Origin: Octopus vulgaris
Lineage: Eukaryota
NCBI GenBank assembly: GCA_951406725.2
Contig: OX597831.1
Span: 51,026,001-51,090,000, forward strand
Length of the DNA stretch: 64,000 nt
Direction: 5' to 3'
Shown here: piece by piece, positions 56,103 through 64,000 of the stretch
Position numbering within the stretch: position 1 is the stretch's first letter
How the letters are laid out: each line of letters begins with the position of its first letter
Program-made: the position numbers and the translations under genes
Notes under the pieces: generated by a model
What the model saw: only the letters and a program-made list of their open reading frames with translations
The model's database searches: none
What the model was told of the DNA's origin: nothing

Positions 56103-56171
56103 TCAATGGTGGCATTGGTCTGAAGATCTGGAAATATCACACATAAAATGTGGTTCGGTGGAAACCTTGAC
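56103..56171 (-). CDS. Terminal coding exon of the - strand gene (phase 0 to stop)
   Basis: Acceptor attttcttatttgcag|; reads VKVSTEPHFMCDISRSSDQCHH* (TGA at 56105-56103). Confidence 0.65.
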   Translation of the reverse strand, partial: VKVSTEPHFMCDISRSSDQCHH

Positions 56172-56899
56172 CTGCAAATAAGAAAATCATAGAATTAGGG
56201 TTAAATATGCCACGTTATTATTTAATGAAAGCAGTTTGATAAAAAAAAATTCTGGAAGTTTGCAACAAGACATGACTTATTCAAGCATTAAGAAATGAAA
56301 TTTTCTTTGAAGTATTTGTAAAAGATGACTTTTAAGTACTTAAGGAAAGCCTGCCCTCAATACCAAGGGGAAGATGACAAAAAAAAATTGTTTGTTTTTG
56401 TTTTTTTGTTTTTTTTTACAAAATGTCGATATTTATTTACATGCATTGCATTTGTACATTCCGTTGTGTGATATAGAAATAGGCCACACACAGTAAAAAA
56501 GAGTAAAAATTCCCTTTGGTCATGAATGAACATGGGATTTCACCTAGAAAGTTCTCCTCTGAAGCACAAGTCCAGGCAAGGTTGTTTGTGGAAGACCTGC
56601 AGTCACCCATACACACCCCTCTCCATGCCACCGATGTTATCCAAGGGAAAGGCAAAGGCTGATATAGCTTGGCACCAGTAACATTGTAATTCATTTCTAT
56701 AGCTGAATGAACTGGAGCAACATGAAATAAAGTGTCTTGCTCAAGAACACAACACACAGCCCGATCTAGGAATCAAACTCATTACCTCATGATTGTGAGC
56801 CCGACACTCTAACCACTGAGCCATGTGCCTTTACATGCCATACAACTGAATATACAAAAAGAAAGAGAAAGTGAAGAGCATAAGCAACAAGTACTTTAA

Positions 56900-57114
56900 C
56901 CTTTTAGCATTCAGATTATTTAGTCAAATGTAATTGCTTTTCATTCATTTTTAATTAATCATACATTATCTCATAGCTTCGAAATATTGATGATATGACT
57001 GTATATTTTTAGAATAGCATTGAAGGAGAGGTGTGATAGGCTGGGTCTGGCTAGTTAAAACATGAAACAAGTAGCATATTTGGGCTGGATATGGCCGGTT
57101 TAAATGCTAAAGGG
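56900..57114. mobile_element. piggyBac-type MITE with TTAA TSD
   Basis: TTAA|CCTTTTAGCATT...AATGCTAAAGGG|TTAA; inverted homolog of 43395-43615. Confidence 0.88.
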
Positions 57115-58583
57115 TTAAAAATAACATTTGTAACAACAACAACAACAGTGGCAACTCTTGCACAGAGTCAAACACTGTAACCTGTTCATATAATGGTTAT
57201 GGCAAAAGAGAACCTTCCTTTACTCGAAACTGGACAGAACTCTTAGACCTATCACAGTTCAAAGTAATAAAAATGTAGCAAAATTTTGAAGCATAATGTA
57301 GCAAAAATGTCCAAAACTATTTACTTCAAAGAATCCACTGTAAATTATGACATCTAAAACATTGCTCATACAGTACCATAATTCCTCCTAGAAACATCCC
57401 CCAAATACATCCTTTGAATACTCCCATCAAACACCACTACTTGTTATATGCCCCTATTGAATATATTTATTATAACATCAATTGCCTCTTTGAATTCTAT
57501 CACTTATTCCTATAGTATTTCTGCTGTTGATACATGTGTTTTTTTTTATACTGTTCTTTTCTACAGTTTTTATTCTTGGGCTCTATGCATTAAACAGAAT
57601 TTTGTAAAGCCAAATAGCATTTGTTTGCTACATAAGCTAATCCATGAGAGAAAGTAAAGAGAAAGATAATATATATTTCCACTTCTGAAAGGACAGAAGT
57701 GAACAAAATCTATTCTCGTGACAAGAAGAACAACAAACGCTTCAGGACATCTTGGGAGAAATCTCTTCTTAACTGAAAATGGTAAAACCTATGTCACACT
57801 CTGCTGTACTTTCATTACTGAAGATTCAGCCAATACACAGACTGAAATAAATACCTCTCACCTAGTGCATCAGTACATGGGTGACAGAAATATAAGGGTG
57901 ATGAAAAGTGACAAAGAGACATCAGAAAAGATGTGGATCTATGACTAGTAGTCATCACTTTTGTATCACAATATGGACAAGTATTTAAACCAAGTCCAAT
58001 GAAAGGCGACTATGATCAGGGGGGAACCAAAATAGATTTGTAATCCTCATCACCTCTGAAGACCAGAAAACCATAATAGGAATGGGCCAAATGGAAAGTA
58101 CCAAAGCAAAGGACATGAGATTAATGATACAAGACAAAAAGCTTAGTTGCTACATTTGTCATAAGAATTGTCCTGAAGAGCTGGAAAGACTAATACTATA
58201 GTTTAAGGGCATATGAGATGTCCTTTTTTTTTTCCTCAAAAATGTTTTCCCTGATCCTCACTTTTTCTTGAATATGCACTGCTGAAATTGGAGTGCATCT
58301 AATATGACTGCATCCTTTATGCTATCAAATATGATAATAATACTGGTTTCAAATTTTGGTACAAGGCCAGCAATTGTAAAGAATTATGAAGGATGAAAGG
58401 CAAAGTCAACCTTGGTGGAATTTGAACTTAGAACGTAGACACGGACAAAATGCTGCTATGCATCTTGCCTGGCATGCTAACGATTCTACCAGCTTGCCGC
58501 CTTAGATATGATACTAAAATTATTTTTAAAAAAAGCAAAGATAATGAAAAAAATCAACAGAGCCAGCAAAAAGAACAACAAAC

Positions 58584-58681
58584 CCCAGTTTCCGGACCAA
58601 CTTCAGCTAAAACATTGGGAGTAGTAAGAGAAATATTTGAAATCAAATCTACTACAAGCACTTTATCGATGCTGAGTTCAC
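58584..58681 (-). CDS. Penultimate coding exon of the - strand gene (phase 1 to 0)
   Basis: gcttttaattgtag| ... GGG|gtttgt; reads (G)ELSIDKVLVVDLISNISLTTPNVLAEVGPETG. Confidence 0.7.
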
Positions 58682-59679
58682 CTACAATTAAAAGCATTTC
58701 AGACATGACCATCTCATACTAATGTATAAATAAGACTACACTGACCAATGTGTTCTTCCCGTTTTTAGACAACAGATTGGTATTTGAGAGGATTTAGCTG
58801 GTGTTTTTAACAGTGAAGTAGCACAGTAAGTTCTCTACATCTCATTTTGCCTACCAGTCAGGAACAGGTAACTACACCATCAGGGAATGTTACCTAGCAT
58901 TCCACCTAGTGAAGATTTATCTCTCAAGAAATCAAGGCCAGGCAGATGTGCTCAAAGAAACATCTTTATTTGTTTTATCAGCCATTACTGCTGATATTGT
59001 TGTTCAACTCCAGGCCAAACAACAACCTATAATCAAAAACATTTCAACAGTGACCACCACTTCTTTTCCTTAGATGTACAGCAAAGACTATATTATCTAA
59101 TGTGCCCTTTCCCTATTTAAGATGGTAGAGTTAAATGGGGAAGATTTGACTGCTATTTTTAGCAAGTAGAGCAACCATATAGAAGCTCACTCACAAGAAT
59201 AATGGATATGAAGAGCAATGAGTTGTTTATTTTTTTTGTTTGTTCCTTCTCGAGCCATGCCAGGCTCATAAGGGCCGGTTTCCTGGTCTCCTTGGCGTAT
59301 AGGCTCCTCACCTAGACAGGACGCCAGTCCATCACAGATGAGCTGCAAGATGCAGGAGGAAAGAGTGAGAGAAAGTTGTGGCGAAAGAGTCAGCAGAAGT
59401 TCACCATTACCTTCTGCCGGAGCTGGGTGGAGCTTAGCTGTTTCGCTCATAAACACACACATCGGCCGGTCTGAGTTTCAAACCCGTGATCCCTCGACCA
59501 CGAGTCCGCTGCTATAACCACTAGGCCATGTGCCTCCATAAGAGCAATAAGTGAAGTACATGAACTATGACTGAAGGCTATAATCTCTTAATTTCTGACA
59601 ACAATTATGAAGCTTCCCTGGCTATGTATATGTACATCAGTTATTGCCCTCCATATTTGAAATCTCTTCACTATGTTTA

Positions 59680-59753
<74 letters not shown>

Positions 59754-60460
59754 CTATCTATCAATCTATCAATCTATCTATCTATATTTCTATCTCTCTA
59801 TCTACCTATCTCATTAACAAAAGATTTCTGCTGTTTTTAAATTCTCAATGATTTACTTTCGATAATTTTAAAATAATTCAAATCCATAACATTAAAATAA
59901 TGTAAATTATATGTACTGAGAGAATATAACATTTAAAAAAAAATATAATTGTGCATATGTTCATGTCTATGTGTGAGCCTGTATGTGTGTTTGTGTATGT
60001 ATACACACACACATATATATGTATATGTATATATACACACATATATATGTATATATATACACACACATATATATGTATATATACATACATACACATACAT
60101 ATCACATACATATATATAAACATATATATACATATATAGACACATATATACATACATATATACATATATAGACACATATATACATACATATACACATATA
60201 TATACATATACATACATATATATATATACACATATATATATATACATATATATACACATATATATATATATACACATATATATATATACACATATATATA
60301 TATACACATATATATATATATATGCACATACACATATTTATATACATATATAGGTATACATACACAAATATATATACACATATATATACATACAAACACA
60401 CACCATGCTAGCATGGAAAGCGGACGTTAAACGATGATGATGATATATATATATACACAT

Positions 60461-60501
<41 letters not shown>

Positions 60502-61255
60502 AACTTGATATTAGGCTAATTCCTCTCTAATCATTATTCTATTAGTTAATTATTTAAATTAAATTGTAAAACAAACACTGACAAAAAGAAGATGGTGTTT
60601 GCCTGGTTTTACTCTATAGAGCATCTAAGCATTTAACAGTTTACATAATATGCAAATGAGAAAATTAGTTTCTCAAATAATTTTAGTTGATAATGACAAA
60701 GAAATTTGTAAAATTTAAACAATTTGTTGACACTTCAGTGATGTGGGAGGTGAAAAAAAAAATGGAATGCAAACAAGATCTGCAGGAATAATTAATTAAT
60801 AGCATACGCACTAATTAAACAGGCCATTATTCAAAATAAAACCGAAAGAAGAAAATAAAAATCATGTTCTTACTTAATGAACATATGACTGAAAAGGTGC
60901 TTTATTAGCCATTTACTACTTCCACCATTCATCTCTCCTACCAAGTGTCAAATCTAAGATGTTGAGTGAGAGACAGACAGACAGACAGACGGACGGACAG
61001 ACAGACAGAAGGAGAAGACTGGTGTGTATAACACTGTCTCATAATTCTTAATCGGAGTCAGATCTAAACTTGATATGGATAAAGATTATATTCCAATAAA
61101 AACAAGCTTGTACATGAATGGATAATTTATGTTGTGTTACTGTTGCTGTCATTTAGTCCAGTCTAGCCTTGATCAATCAAGCAGAACTATGATTACAGAT
61201 GGTTCAACCATCCTACCTCATTCCTTTCATTTTTGTCCTTTTTAAAACATCATAT

Positions 61256-61288
<33 letters not shown>

Positions 61289-61289
61289 T

Positions 61290-62763
61290 ATGTCCGTTTT
61301 TTCTGGCCTTGTTTCTGTATACATTCGCTGCTTTCTTCCAAGGAATCTAATGCACTTAGCTTAGTTTTTCCTTGGGGCTAGCCAGATTGGAGCCATCTCA
61401 AGTATACTCTCTCTTTTTCTCTTTTTACTTGTTTCAGTCATTTGACTGCGGCCATGCTGGAGCACCGCCTTTAGTCAAGCAAATCGACCCCGGGACTTAT
61501 TCTTTGTAAGCCCAGTACTTATTCTATCGGTCTCTTTTGCCGAACTGCTAAGTGACGGGGACGTAAACACACCAGCATCGGTTGTCAAGCAATGCTAGGG
61601 GAACAAACAAAGACAAACAAACATATTCACACACACATATATATATATAAATATATACGACAGGCTTCTTTCAGTTTCCGTCTACCAAATCCACTCACAA
61701 GGCATTGGTCGGCCCGGGGCTATAGCAGAAGACACGTGTCCAAGATGCCACGCAGTGGGACTGAACCCGGAACTATGTGGTTGGTTAGCAAGCTACTTAC
61801 CAAACAGCCACTCCTGCGCCTATAATCAATCAAAATTGCAAAGATAATCTGATACTTGACTGAGAAAAGAAAACTTCGAATGACCCATCCTTGTTTTCTT
61901 TGTATGGTCTATCTGGATGTTTTGTTGTCCTAATTTTGTATCACCTGTCTGGATGCTTTGCATTCTTGTCCCATTTTGTATTTTATATATATATATAATG
62001 TGTGTGTGTGTATAGCAGCGTGTGTACACTTTGGTCTCTTATATGTAAATATACATTTTTCTAAATCTTGTACGACTCTATTTCTATCTATCAGCCCTTT
62101 CACACTTATTCATTCATTCCACTCTTCGTTCGTTCGTTCCCCCTCTCTCACATTTCTTTGCCTTCTCTTCTTGCTCACTTTCCCTCCACTTTTCACTTCA
62201 CTGTGTGCTTGTCATTTTTTTCTTACCCCTCCTTAATTCTTCTGTCCCTCTGCTTCTACTTCTCTCTCTTCTCTTTCCATGTGACCAGTGTTCGGCCAAG
62301 CCTGTTCTTTCTTTCTTAGTCTGGCCATTGTCCATGCAACATCGATCTTCACCCGCTATGTTTGTGAAATCTTGTATCCTTGCTGTAAGGCTTCATTTTC
62401 ACACACGCCAGCTTAATTTAATTCATCCTTAGTCAAAAGACACCTGTTGTTATGTCCTGTTATTATTTTTATTGTATTTATGTAACATTGTCCGTTTTTT
62501 TCTGTCCTTGTTTTTTTATACATTCACTGCTTTCTTCCAAGGAATCTAATGCTCTTAGCTTAGTTTTTCCTTGGGGCTGGCCAGATTGGAGCAATCTCAA
62601 GTATAATCAACCGAAATTGCGAAGAGAACCTGGTACTTGACTAAGGAAAGAAAACTTCGAATGACCCGTCCTTGTTTTCTTTGTATGGTCTATCTGGATG
62701 TTTTGTTGTCCCGTTTTTGTATCACCTAACTGTCCGGATGTTTTGCATTCTTGTTCTATTTTG

Positions 62764-62770
<7 letters not shown>
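61290..62770 (+). mobile_element. Non-autonomous element with direct terminal repeats (probable Penelope partial tandem), the first repeat interrupted by a SINE
   Basis: 61290-61406 plus 61822-61985 together match 62489-62770. Same family as 11777-11883 and 46071-46290; both repeats end in (TA)n. Confidence 0.7.
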
Positions 62771-62809
<39 letters not shown>

Positions 62810-63128
62810 TTCATCATCATCATTTAGTGTCCTTTTTTTTTTGTCGATGCTCTACAGAGAGGGTGGGGTCACCCATTTTTAAATCTGCAAGTTGTGTTTG
62901 GAGGAAGAATTGGCTGCTATATTTAGCAGGTCAGACAACCATATAAAAGCTGCTTCACTGACTCCCTTAAAGCAGCCTAATGCCCTATCATCTACCTTGT
63001 TACTGTTGTTGTTGTATTTATTAGTGATGATGATGATGATGACAACGACAATGATGATCATGATAAAATGGTTTACAACCATTAACTCCAGATACTGCTA
63101 TTTGAAAACTCACTTCTAGCATACTCAC

Positions 63129-63194
63129 CAGCTTTTTTTGACCAAAGTTCAGTCATTAACAATTGAGCTTTCTCATTATGCATATATTTATATT
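63129..63194 (-). CDS. Internal coding exon of the - strand gene (phase 1 to 1); the gene continues beyond the window
   Basis: taaattttaatag| ... CTG|gtgagt; reads YKYMHNEKAQLLMTELWSKKA(G), in phase with exon 58681. Confidence 0.7.
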
Positions 63195-64000
63195 CTATTA
63201 AAATTTATAGGCTCATTATGCTATGTATGCTAATGAACACCTTACTACTTGTTTTCCATGCAGCAGAAATCCATGATTATTATCCCCACCATCAAATCAC
63301 TCCTTTAACAGAAGAGTAGTTTTCAAAAGTATGAAGGTGCATGGCTTAGTGATTAGAAGTATTCAGCTTACAATCGTAAGGTCATGAGTTCAATTCCTAG
63401 CGGTGTGTAAACGTCCTTGAGCAAGACACTTTTTATTTAACATTGCTCCAGTCCACTCAGCTGGCAAAAATAAGTAGTACCTGTATTTTGAAGGGCCAGC
63501 CTTGTCACATCTTGTGTCATGCTGAATCTCCCTGAGAACTACATTAAGAGTATGCATGTCTATGAAGTGCTCAGCCACATGCACAATAATTTCACAAGCA
63601 GGCTGTTCAGTTGATCAGAGCAACTGGAAGCTTCATTGTCATAACTGACATTGTGCCAGTTAATGAAAGAATTGCTAAATCAACAACCTGGTCAAAGCTA
63701 TCTGGTTGTTCATGGGCTTGCATGAATGAAGCTCAAACTACTATTCTTTTGTTCTTTTATTCTTTTACTTGTTTCAGTCATTTGACTGCGGCTATGCTGG
63801 AGTACTGCCTTTAGCCGAACAAATCAACTCCAGGACTTATTCTTCGTAAGCCTACTGCATACTTTATCAGTGTCTTTCGCTGAACCACTAAGTTACAGGG
63901 ATATAAACATACCAACATTGGTAGTCAAGCAATAGTGGAGGGACAAACACAGATACACACATACATATATACATATAAATGGAGTTAAACGCAGGTGTTA

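Noticed and set aside
57700-57830. hAT transposase N-terminal remnant (KRFRTSWE...ENGK...LC)
   Set aside because: Too short and frameshifted to call without a profile search.

Overview
AT-rich, microsatellite-saturated eukaryotic DNA. The SINE, LINE and Penelope repertoire looks like an Octopus (coleoid cephalopod) genome; this is inferred from repeat sequence, not from a search. Almost all ORFs in the supplied track are microsatellite artefacts. Reading splice sites by eye gives two convergent multi-exon genes that the ORF track misses. (1) A + strand gene has a phase-consistent chain of small exons at 37889-45876 and probable upstream exons at 27110 and 34437-34642; its peptide resembles a very divergent acid-sphingomyelinase-like (SMPD1/SMPDL3) protein. 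(2) A - strand gene has its last three coding exons at 63194-63129, 58681-58584 and 56171-56103. The rest is transposon debris: a Penelope-like element (RT + GIY-YIG) with a hammerhead motif, Penelope-type terminal-repeat fragments in (TA)n including a palindrome with a hammerhead core in each arm, R4/Dong-like LINE relics at (TAA)n tracts, CR1 relics, a non-autonomous Helitron, mariner/Tc1/hAT/piggyBac MITEs with target-site duplications, and three tRNA-SINE families. SINE copies right of about 38 kb look CpG-depleted, suggesting a methylation boundary. No rRNA, true tRNA gene or CRISPR array was seen. Repeat boundaries are approximate unless a TSD or terminus is quoted.
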